A DNA stretch of 46,222 nt from Candidatus Eiseniibacteriota bacterium (GCA_023132135.1 JAGLYR010000147.1:1-46222); one strand, 5' to 3'. Counted from the first letter of the stretch, positions 34,057 through 41,463 are shown. Numbers and translations are program-made. Notes: a model not told the origin generated them from the sequence alone.

Positions 34057-34085
34057 TTGACAGGCACCCGGCCTCTCCATATATT
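34057..34085 (+). promoter_or_regulatory. sigma70-like promoter, TTGACA-17 bp-TATATT
   Basis: -35 at 34057-34062, 17-nt spacer, -10 at 34080-34085, in the gap after the 32804..34015 stop. Confidence 0.55.
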
Positions 34086-34197
34086 GAGACAGAGAGGAGC
34101 GTCGGCTACGAACAAGACTCGATTCGGATCCAGTTGGACCCGCCTGCTGGCGGGAGCGGCTGCAGGAACTGTGGTCGGTTGCCTGGCCGGGTATGTC

Positions 34198-35889
34198 ATG
34201 GCCACCCGTACCGTGGCGATGAACGTCATCGGGCTCAGCTCCGACGGCTTCCTGCTCGGTGTCTATTTCGTCCTCATCTATGGCCTGGTCGGCCTGGGTG
34301 TGGGACTTCTCTTTGGTCTCCTCTTCTCCCTCGCGGCTCTCCTCGGCCGCCCGGCACGCGCGCAATCGGTCTTTGCAGCTTCGCTCGGCGCCGTCCTCGG
34401 TCTCTATGTTTTCCTCTCAGGAATGCGGCTCTACAACACCGACCTCTACTTCTACGACTACTCCTTCATCCATTCGTACCGCGGGATGCAGCTCTTCTTC
34501 GCCGCACGGTCGGTCATGATCCTGGCAATCGCGGCCGCCGGAGCCTGGAGCATCTTCCGGCTCGGTTGCCGTGCTCCGAAACGGGTTGTTCTCGGACTGG
34601 TCATTGTCGTGGCCGGCGGCGGTCTCTTCCTCAACATTGCAAACCGGGAACCTCCGCGGACAACGGCAACTCACCTTCCGGTTGTGGAACGGGATTCCTC
34701 CATCCCGAAGATCGTCCTCATCGGGTGGGACGGGGCTACGTGGTCTGTGATGGACCGCCTTCTTGCGGCCGGCAGGATGCCCAACACCCGGCAGCTGATC
34801 GAGCGGGGGGCCAGCGGGAACCTCAAGACACCATCCCACACGGTCTCGGCGGACATCTGGACCCGCATCTATACCGGCAAGAGCAAGAGCCGGCATGGGA
34901 TCTATGGCTTTGATTACTACGTCGTGCCGGGACTCAAGCGGCCCGTCGTTCCGCCCTGGCGGGGCCTGGGAATCTCGCGCATTCTCAGATTCTGTCTCCA
35001 CCGGAGCTGGATTGACGTCCTCATCGCCAACCGCACGCTCGGCCGCGTGACCCCCATCTGGCAAATCATGAATGACGCGGGCCGCTCCGCCGGGGTCATA
35101 GGCCCGCTCGTGAGCTGGCCCGCATCGCAGACAGAACCCTTCCTCATAAGCAGCACAACCGGAGACATTGCCCTGAAGGTTCGACGCGGTGAGATTGATC
35201 GGGGCTCATTCCTGTCCGCGGAGCTCTTTCATCCACCGGATCTCGAGGAGGGTGTATGCGAGCTCCTCCTTCAGGAAGCCCGCTGGCGGGAGGCGGTTGG
35301 GCCCTACCTCTACCGCAAGTACCGCCCGGACTTCTTCACGATCTACTTTGAAGAGCCGGATCGCACCCAGCACTTCCGGTGGAAATGGATGGAGCCCCAG
35401 TACTATTCAGGAGTGACCAAAGCCGATCTTTCCAGGTACGGGGGTAGTATCGAGGGTGAGTACGTCCGGGCCGACAGCCTGCTCGGCAAATTTCTCAGGA
35501 TAGCGGGGGACAGCACGACCGTGATGGTGCTGTCCGACCACGGGTTCAGCCCGGCCTACCGGGGAGGACCGCAGCAAGCCGGTCATTACGGGGGTCCGGA
35601 TGGCATTCTGATCGCCGCTGGTCCTGCTATCCGGCCCGGCCTTCGCGTGACCGGCGCCCACGTCCACGACATCACGCCCACACTCCTCGCCCTGGCCGGC
35701 ATGCCGGTTGCCCGCGACATGGACGGCCGCGTCATCGAAGAGATCATCCGGCCCGAGTTTCTCGAAGAGCATCCGGTGCAAACAACCGCGACCTACGAGA
35801 CGCGGGCCTCGATAATGCCCGTGAGGCAATCCGCGGCGGAAAAAGAGCTCTACGACAAGCTCAGGGCGCTGGGGTACGTGGGCGGGTAA
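34198..35889 (+). CDS. Membrane-anchored alkaline-phosphatase-superfamily enzyme (type I phosphodiesterase / nucleotide pyrophosphatase-like)
   Basis: The frame is open from 33952. In-frame starts are TTG 34084 (inside the predicted -10), GTG 34171 and ATG 34198, so the start is uncertain. N-terminal polytopic region (about 5 hydrophobic helices). Followed by KIVLIGWDGATWSVMDRLLAAGRMPNTRQL...PSHTVSADIWTRIYTGKSKSRHGIYGF and MVLSDHGF. Confidence 0.7.
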   Translation: MATRTVAMNVIGLSSDGFLLGVYFVLIYGLVGLGVGLLFGLLFSLAALLGRPARAQSVFAASLGAVLGLYVFLSGMRLYNTDLYFYDYSFIHSYRGMQLFFAARSVMILAIAAAGAWSIFRLGCRAPKRVVLGLVIVVAGGGLFLNIANREPPRTTATHLPVVERDSSIPKIVLIGWDGATWSVMDRLLAAGRMPNTRQLIERGASGNLKTPSHTVSADIWTRIYTGKSKSRHGIYGFDYYVVPGLKRPVVPPWRGLGISRILRFCLHRSWIDVLIANRTLGRVTPIWQIMNDAGRSAGVIGPLVSWPASQTEPFLISSTTGDIALKVRRGEIDRGSFLSAELFHPPDLEEGVCELLLQEARWREAVGPYLYRKYRPDFFTIYFEEPDRTQHFRWKWMEPQYYSGVTKADLSRYGGSIEGEYVRADSLLGKFLRIAGDSTTVMVLSDHGFSPAYRGGPQQAGHYGGPDGILIAAGPAIRPGLRVTGAHVHDITPTLLALAGMPVARDMDGRVIEEIIRPEFLEEHPVQTTATYETRASIMPVRQSAAEKELYDKLRALGYVGG

Positions 35890-35906
35890 TTGATGCAGAT
35901 GAAGAC

Positions 35907-35989
35907 AAAGCCGGAAGACCCTTGCCTCCGACATCTCCCGAGGCGAGGGTCTTCCGGCTTTGCAGGGGCGACGCACGCGTCGCCCCTGC
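35907..35989. terminator. Two back-to-back strong hairpins between convergent genes (bidirectional terminator)
   Basis: Hairpin 1: AAAGCCGGAAGACCCT (35907-35922) pairs with AGGGTCTTCCGGCTTT (35946-35961). It is flanked by A-run/T-run, so a U-tract exists on both strands. Hairpin 2: GCAGGGGCGACGC-AC-GCGTCGCCCCTGC (35962-35989). Confidence 0.65.
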
Positions 35990-36004
35990 TGTCCTGCTCA
36001 AGTG

Positions 36005-38743
36005 CTATTTCAGCAAGAGCATTTTCCGGGTGTCTTCGAGTCCATCCGTCCGGAGTCGATAGAAGTAGACGCCCGACGGAACGTCCCGCCCGTTGGTATC
36101 CCGACCATTCCACACCGCCGCGTGCAGACCCGCCTGTCGCACCTCATCCACGAGAGTGCAGACGAGACGGCCGGCCACATCGAACACCTCCAGACTCACA
36201 CGGCTGCTCGCCGGGATCTGGTACCGGATCTCCGTCACCGGGTTGAACGGGTTCGGCACATTCTGCTCGAGACCGAAACTCCGCGGGGTGCTGGTCTCTT
36301 CCCCGACATCAGTCACCGGAATTCCCCGAAGCATGAATGCCAGGTCAATGGACTGTCCCTGCATCTCATGTCCCGGCGGGTAGATCAGCTCGTACCACGG
36401 CCCCATGTACGGTTCCACCCCATGACCCCACACAGCGTCGTCATTCCAGTGTTCCAGAGATGTCTTCCACCCGAAAAACGCTTCCTGGTCGTGGGGTTCC
36501 GCCTGCACATCCAGCCAATACACCTGCGGCCGGTCTTCCGTACCCTCCTGACGGAAAGCCTCGGGCTGCGGGATCTCGAACTTGTACAACCAGCAGACGG
36601 TGTCCCCTGGGAAGAAGTACTCCTCCGGCGGGGTCATCCAGCCTTCCTGAATGTCGTCCTGCCAGATCTGGGCGGTGAAATCACCCGGCCCGAACATGCG
36701 GAACCACTCGACATTGCCCGGCATGCTGTACTGCGTCGGACTCATCGAGTCGGGGATATCCTTGTGGAAGCTCAAGGTAAAGGTAACCGCCTCGGGATCT
36801 TCCCCGAACGGCAGGTAGTCGTACCTCCAGGACGCCCAGACGAAGACATCGGTAATGTACCCGGCCTCCGTGCACAGGAAATCGTCGGCCAGGATATACG
36901 GCTGTGTCGCATTGACGTCAATTCCCATGATCGACAGATCCGGCCGCTGGAGCCACTTGTATGCCTGCTGCTCTTCGATCCGGACCTCGTGGTCTTCGAC
37001 CTCGCCGTCCCAGGCGGCATCCACAGGTGTCAATCCACCCGCCGTGCTGATGCGGAAGCGAGCAAAGGTCTGGCCGACGACCACGCCCACGGGAGTGGTA
37101 ACGGCTATCGTGTGATTTCCATCGGGCAACCAGCCGGCGAAAATCTGCTCGACCCCCTGCCAGATATAGTCCCCATTGAAGTCGATCCAGGCCTCGACGA
37201 CACCACCGCCGCCGCCCACCGTCACATTGATCTCACCTGTCTGGCCCTCAACAAGAACCGGGATCTGAACGCCATCCTCGTCGTCACTACCATCGTTGTC
37301 GTCGCCCAAGGCGTTGGAGTCAGGCTGTCCATCGAGTTCAGGATCGGGAGAATCCCCTCCCACACCCGAAACGTCGTCGAAGAACGGACCGCCGATCATG
37401 TGTCGGGCGCCGTTACTGACTAACAGCGTCGGATAGTTGGGGCCGCCTATGAAGTCGGGCGCATCGCCGAAGTCCCATTCCTCCGGAGGAGCTTCAATCC
37501 ACACCTCGTAGTCCTCCACCTCTCCATCGTCGGCCGGGCCGTCGGGCTGCAACCCGCCATAGGTCGTGATCCGGAAGCGGGCGAAGGTCTGCCCGACAAT
37601 TGAGGTCACGGGTGTGGCGACATTGAATGAGTGCGTGCCGTCGAGCAGTGAGCCGGCGAACACCTGTTCACTTGCCTCCCAGGACTGGCTGCCGTCGAAA
37701 TCGATCCAGACTTCCAAGACACCGCCGCCACCGTTGATTTCCACAATGATCGTCGAGAACTGGCCCTGTACCAGCGTCGGCATCAACACCCCATCTTCGT
37801 CGTCATTGCCGTCGTTGTCGTCACCCTTGGCATCCAGGGTCGGTTGCCCGTCGGGCTCCGCGTCGGGAGCGTCGTTGTCGTCACCCAACCACGGCCCCCA
37901 GATGATATGATTGGCGCCGTTGTTGATGAGCAGCGTTGGATAGCCGGGGGCCGCAGCGCCGTCGGGCGCATCACCGAAGTCCAGATCCTGCGGCTGATGC
38001 TCCCCCACCATCACGAACGCCAGATCGATGGGCTGTCCCTGCATCTCGTGTCCCGGCGGGTAGATCAGCTCGTACCATGGCCCCATGTACGGCTCCATCC
38101 CCTGCCCCCAGACGGCGTTGTCATTCCAGTGGTCCAGAGAGGTCTTCCAGCCAAGCTTCGCCTCCGGATCCCCGGGGCTCGCCTGCATGTCCAGCCAGTA
38201 CACCATCGGGTTGTCCGGAGTGCCCATTTGATAGAACGCTTCCAACGGATCGATGAAGAAGTTGTACTGCCAGCAAGTCCAGTCGGCGGGGAACTCATAG
38301 CTCTCGGGAGGATCCATCCAGCCTTCAACGATCTCACTCTGCCAGACCTGGACTGTGAATTCGCTTGGCTGGAAAGTCCGGGACCAGAGCAGTTCCCCTG
38401 GCATGCTGTAGCCCGTTGGGCTCTGCGAGGCCGGGATGTCCCGGTGGATGCTCAGCGTGAACGTCACATTCCTCGGGTTGCCGCCGCCAGGCAGGTAGTC
38501 GTGCAGCCATGATGCCCAAATGTGAATGCCCGTGAGCGGGCCAGGCAGCGTGCACTCGAAATCGTCGGCCAGGATGTACCCCTCGCCGGCTGCATCCGTC
38601 GACGCATTGACGTCGATACCCATCGGACTGAGATCCGGATACTGGACCCACTTGTACGGTTGTTCCGGGTTCCAATCCGCAAGCGTTGATGCGGGCACTA
38701 CCAGCGCGACCATCACCGTCAGCAATAGCAATCCCTGTCTCAT
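36005..38743 (-). CDS. Large secreted protein: two copies of an unknown ~215-aa domain flanking two GEVED-type domains, plus T9SS-type CTD
   Basis: The track ORF extends to 38800, but that ATG lies inside the predicted promoter spacer. GGAAGGAG lies 7 nt before the ATG at 38743, giving signal peptide MRQGLLLLTVMVALVVPASTLA. YKW.Q.PDLS.MGIDVNA...GPWYELIYPPGHEMQGQ.IDLAF occurs twice. FGDAPD...YPTLL..NGA.H...GDDNDG.DDEDGV...FARFRI...DGEVED.EV.I occurs twice. CTD reads NVPNPFNPVTEIRYQIP...GVYFYRL...RKMLLLK. Confidence 0.8.
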   Translation of the reverse strand: MRQGLLLLTVMVALVVPASTLADWNPEQPYKWVQYPDLSPMGIDVNASTDAAGEGYILADDFECTLPGPLTGIHIWASWLHDYLPGGGNPRNVTFTLSIHRDIPASQSPTGYSMPGELLWSRTFQPSEFTVQVWQSEIVEGWMDPPESYEFPADWTCWQYNFFIDPLEAFYQMGTPDNPMVYWLDMQASPGDPEAKLGWKTSLDHWNDNAVWGQGMEPYMGPWYELIYPPGHEMQGQPIDLAFVMVGEHQPQDLDFGDAPDGAAAPGYPTLLINNGANHIIWGPWLGDDNDAPDAEPDGQPTLDAKGDDNDGNDDEDGVLMPTLVQGQFSTIIVEINGGGGVLEVWIDFDGSQSWEASEQVFAGSLLDGTHSFNVATPVTSIVGQTFARFRITTYGGLQPDGPADDGEVEDYEVWIEAPPEEWDFGDAPDFIGGPNYPTLLVSNGARHMIGGPFFDDVSGVGGDSPDPELDGQPDSNALGDDNDGSDDEDGVQIPVLVEGQTGEINVTVGGGGGVVEAWIDFNGDYIWQGVEQIFAGWLPDGNHTIAVTTPVGVVVGQTFARFRISTAGGLTPVDAAWDGEVEDHEVRIEEQQAYKWLQRPDLSIMGIDVNATQPYILADDFLCTEAGYITDVFVWASWRYDYLPFGEDPEAVTFTLSFHKDIPDSMSPTQYSMPGNVEWFRMFGPGDFTAQIWQDDIQEGWMTPPEEYFFPGDTVCWLYKFEIPQPEAFRQEGTEDRPQVYWLDVQAEPHDQEAFFGWKTSLEHWNDDAVWGHGVEPYMGPWYELIYPPGHEMQGQSIDLAFMLRGIPVTDVGEETSTPRSFGLEQNVPNPFNPVTEIRYQIPASSRVSLEVFDVAGRLVCTLVDEVRQAGLHAAVWNGRDTNGRDVPSGVYFYRLRTDGLEDTRKMLLLK
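36335..36961 (-). repeat. Intragenic duplicated module, copy 2 (C-terminal)
   Basis: Clearly alignable at DNA level to 38015-38656, at an offset of 1680-1695 nt with five codons of indel. One example is CTGTCCCTGCATCTC.TGTCCCGGCGGGTAGATCAGCTCGTACCA.GGCCCCATGTACGG in both copies. Confidence 0.85.
38015..38656 (-). repeat. Intragenic duplicated module, copy 1 (N-terminal)
   Basis: See 36335-36961. Confidence 0.85.
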
Positions 38744-38790
38744 ATCCGAACTCCTTCCATTCGGGTGGAAATCACTCCAACGGAGTGCGA

Positions 38791-38819
38791 ATTGTAGCAT
38801 GTTTTGCCCTCTGAGTCAA
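38791..38819 (-). promoter_or_regulatory. Near-consensus sigma70 promoter on the minus strand, TTGACT-17 bp-TACAAT
   Basis: On the minus strand, -35 is at 38819-38814, followed by a 17-nt spacer and -10 at 38796-38791. The leader to the ATG at 38743 is about 40 nt. The -35 is part of an inverted repeat AGTCAA-TAC-TTGACA (38814-38828). Confidence 0.6.
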
Positions 38820-38938
38820 TACTTGACAGGAATTGGATAATCGCACTCTGTAGAATACTGATTATGCGTGGGAGACTATAGTGTCAGCGTAGTGATCCAG
38901 AGTGGTATTTCATAGTGAGTGGTGGAGCAACTGCATGC

Positions 38939-39208
38939 CTACTCGGTGCCGGAGTACTCCGGCACCTCCATCTCCGGGAATGGCAACTCCAGAATCCCGC
39001 AGTCCTGCTTGTAGACAGCCGCTTCCCGGCCCTCCGTGTCGCATGGTGATTCCCCCAACCCATCTGTGATCGGTCCCATGATCGGCGGGAGTCCGGGCAG
39101 AACGAGCCATACCCTGCCGTTCCTCCTCACGATGGGAGCAAAGGCGCCGACCCTGTGCCATCCCGGGACCGGCTCGCGACTGATATTGGTCCTTCTGGAC
39201 AAGTTCAT
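38939..39208 (-). CDS. Small hypothetical protein (89 aa from ATG 39208; frame open to TTG 39289)
   Basis: Third-position GC counted by hand is about 75-80% in this frame, against about 45% in the overlapping 38910..39335 frame. There is no convincing SD. The product has an acidic C-terminus and no recognisable domain. Confidence 0.35.
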   Translation of the reverse strand: MNLSRRTNISREPVPGWHRVGAFAPIVRRNGRVWLVLPGLPPIMGPITDGLGESPCDTEGREAAVYKQDCGILELPFPEMEVPEYSGTE

Positions 39209-39340
39209 GTGGCACGATTCCCCGTCTGCTGGGCTGAGAATCCTTCGGGCAACACGGGTGTGTCTGCCCCTTCTGCTCTTCAGACCCAACGAACGGCAAT
39301 TCCTGCCAAGAACTTGAGCCGGCTTTCGCCCGCAACGCTG

Positions 39341-40027
39341 CTAGAAACCCACTGTAACCCCCCCATAGAAGGACCAGTGGGATCCCGGCTTTCCGAACTC
39401 CTCGTCGGACTTGATGAGATAGCGGACCTCACCGTAGAGGGCCAGGGGCAAAGCCGGGGGTTTCAGCCTGATGCCTCCCAAGCCGTGGAAACCGACCTCA
39501 AGATCCTTGTCGATGAGTTCCTTGGGATCCAGAGTATCCGTCGCGTCACTCAAACTGTCCATGATCAGGTTCTTGTTCATCACCGGGCTCACGTAGTGGA
39601 GCCCCAGTCCCCCTCCCGCATAGATCTTGACCACCGATGTCACAGGTGGGAAGGAAAGGAGATTCTTCTTGAGCGTTGCCAGAACACTGATGCGACTGTA
39701 GTAGATGTCGTCCGACGCGGCCTGTCCCTCGTTCGTTGAGTAGTCGAAGTGGTACTTCCTGAAAGCCGCCTCAGCTGCGATCTCCAGATCCAGCACGGGC
39801 AGGAGCCCTGTCCCGAGAGTCACACCAAGGAGGAGAGGCCGGTCGATCGCCTCGCGCACCAGTGTGGCCGTACCGGTCCCAAGTGTGAAGCCGGCGACTT
39901 CATGAGCATCCCAAGTCGTATGGTCAACTCCTATCCTCGCGCCGAAGTTGATGAACCCAAGCGCCGGCGATGCGGAAATGCCAACGACAACGATAGCCAG
40001 AATGGCCACACTGGTTCGGTTCTTCAT
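39341..40027 (-). CDS. Small outer-membrane beta-barrel protein (OmpW/OmpA-barrel/porin-family-like)
   Basis: 228 aa. AGGAGG SD lies 6 nt upstream. Signal peptide MKNRTSVAILAIVVVGISASPALG. The sequence is rich in alternating hydrophobic and G/Y residues and has a C-terminal beta-signal ...FYGGVTVGF. Confidence 0.75.
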   Translation of the reverse strand: MKNRTSVAILAIVVVGISASPALGFINFGARIGVDHTTWDAHEVAGFTLGTGTATLVREAIDRPLLLGVTLGTGLLPVLDLEIAAEAAFRKYHFDYSTNEGQAASDDIYYSRISVLATLKKNLLSFPPVTSVVKIYAGGGLGLHYVSPVMNKNLIMDSLSDATDTLDPKELIDKDLEVGFHGLGGIRLKPPALPLALYGEVRYLIKSDEEFGKPGSHWSFYGGVTVGF

Positions 40028-40206
40028 CGTCTTCCCTCCTGTTGTCAGGGGTTGTCGGGCAATCAGATACTTGGGTAGCAGACGAAAGAGCAGGTGTCAA
40101 AGGAAAACCGGCGGCCACGGTCATTCCACTACTCGATTGTTCCATTGGACTTTGTTCTTGATCTCCTGCCACTTGTTGCGTATCCTTGCCACAGGAGGTG
40201 ATCCTC

Positions 40207-40839
40207 ATGCGGATCCTGTGTCTGCTGGGAGTGCTCGCGATGATCGGAGGATGCGCGACCGGCGCGCCTGTCTATGACATCGCGATGGAAAACGCTACGG
40301 ATGCGGTTATCCAGGTCTACGAGGACGAGTCGATTGCGATTCGCTTCACGCCGGGTCGGGATCATCTTGCCTTCGATCTCAAGAACAAGACGAATGGTGT
40401 GATTGAGATCCTGTGGGACCAGATCATCTTCGAGGATGTGGAGGGCCACCATCACTCGGTGCTTCGTTCGGGAACCAGCTATGCGGACAAGGACAAACCG
40501 CAGGAACCCACCGCCGTCCCGCCCAAGAAGAGGATCCAGGGGGAAATCATCCCAAAGGATCACATCTCCAAATCGGAGAAGGACCCCGGGAAATGGGAGA
40601 CCGCTCCCCTGCTTCTTCCCAAGGGCATCGAGCTGATCGAGACCAAGAGTCTCTCAAACCTGGTCGTCGGGAAGAACTTCACCGTAGTTATTCCCCTCAT
40701 TGTCGGGGGTCAACGCCAGTCCTATCCCTTCAGCTTCAAGGTCATCGGAGTCTCCGGCCCCAGTGGCAAAGGCCCGCTCCAACGCCACGGAGACCGAATA
40801 GACGCCCGTCCGACAAGCAGCGGGAGAAAAGTGGACTAG
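40207..40839 (+). CDS. Hypothetical lipoprotein
   Basis: The track ORF starts at 40186. AGGAGG lies 8 nt before the ATG at 40207, giving MRILCLLGVLAMIGGC (lipobox). No recognisable domain. Confidence 0.7.
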   Translation: MRILCLLGVLAMIGGCATGAPVYDIAMENATDAVIQVYEDESIAIRFTPGRDHLAFDLKNKTNGVIEILWDQIIFEDVEGHHHSVLRSGTSYADKDKPQEPTAVPPKKRIQGEIIPKDHISKSEKDPGKWETAPLLLPKGIELIETKSLSNLVVGKNFTVVIPLIVGGQRQSYPFSFKVIGVSGPSGKGPLQRHGDRIDARPTSSGRKVD

Positions 40840-40927
40840 CCTGCGTTTCTCACCCGGAAATGCGCTAGCCCGGCTCATCTGTAAAGACTACCAAGGTAAA
40901 GGTAGACAGGAGGATGGATACTCCGGG

Positions 40928-41023
40928 CTAGCGGTTTTTCTTCTTGTGGCGGTTCTTGCGGAGCCGCTTCTTTCTTTTGTGGGTAGCGATCTTGTGACGC
41001 TTTTTCTTCTTTCCACAAGGCAT
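40928..41023 (-). CDS. 31-aa highly basic micro-protein, bS22 / AURKAIP1(mS38)-like small ribosomal protein candidate
   Basis: Not in the ORF track because it is under 60 aa. On the minus strand, AAGGAGGT lies 7 nt before the ATG. Hand translation: MPCGKKKKRHKIATHKRKKRLRKNRHKKKNR-stop (TAG at 40930-40928). It starts 18 nt downstream of the HU/IHF stop. The ...KRHK.ATHKRKKRLRKNRHKK pattern recalls the AURKAIP1/COX24-domain micro-proteins annotated in FCB-group bacteria. Confidence 0.65.
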   Translation of the reverse strand: MPCGKKKKRHKIATHKRKKRLRKNRHKKKNR

Positions 41024-41041
41024 AGGCAGTACCTCCTTAGT

Positions 41042-41365
41042 CTACAACACGGGCGGTGAATCCGGCGGAGTCCTTTCCGCGCTCTCCTGCTCCTGTATGA
41101 CTCTCGCCCTCAGTTCTTTCGAAGCCTTGAAGTATGGAACCACCTTCTCGGGTACGAAAACAGATTCGCCGGTCCTCGGATTGCGCGCCTGGCGCGCTTT
41201 TCTCGTCTTTGTTTTGAAGCTGCCGAGCCCACGGATCTCCACATGGCCACCCTTGACGAGCGCTTCGCAGATCCCCTCAAGAAGATGATCAGTGATAACC
41301 GCAACGTCTTTCTTGGTAAGCCCAGTTCTCGCCGCGACCCTCTCGACCAGATCAGCCTTCGTCAT
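41042..41365 (-). CDS. HU/IHF-family DNA-binding protein with a C-terminal acidic/Pro-rich extension
   Basis: 107 aa. MTKADLVERVAARTGLTKKDV....L...I.EAL.KG..VEIRGLGSFKTK.RKARQARNPRTGE.V.VPEK.VPYFKASKELR is the classical HU/IHF pattern. It carries an extra 18-aa tail. Confidence 0.9.
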   Translation of the reverse strand: MTKADLVERVAARTGLTKKDVAVITDHLLEGICEALVKGGHVEIRGLGSFKTKTRKARQARNPRTGESVFVPEKVVPYFKASKELRARVIQEQESAERTPPDSPPVL

Positions 41366-41463
41366 GGCCCCGATCTCCTCTCACATCGCGAGCTACTCCC
41401 CGGTCCGTCCAGGATCCTTGTCTACTCGAGCTCCTGAGGGCAAAGGTAGCAAAGGTGTTCCTG

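Noticed and set aside
38910-39335. The 141-aa ORF 38910..39335 (-) and the 93-aa ORF 39036..39317 (+) as the gene of this intergenic region.
   Set aside because: Hand-counted third-position GC is only about 45% in the 38910 frame, against about 75-80% in the 38939 frame. An AGGAGG-ATG pair in the 38910 frame exists, but the downstream codon usage is non-coding-like.
40158-40186. TTGATC-17 bp-TATCCT as the promoter for the lipoprotein gene at 40207.
   Set aside because: The hexamers are acceptable. However, the predicted start site would fall on or inside the AGGAGG SD (40193-40198), leaving essentially no leader. It was not reported as a feature.
40863-40945. An 11-bp inverted repeat CGCTAGCCCGG / CCGGGCTAGCG (40863-40873 and 40923-40933) followed by GTTTTTC, considered as an intrinsic terminator for the 40207..40839 gene.
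   Set aside because: The loop would be 49 nt. The 3-prime arm and the T-run lie inside the micro-gene on the other strand, where the T-run is simply the complement of its Lys codons. It could still form a structure, but the evidence for a terminator is weak.
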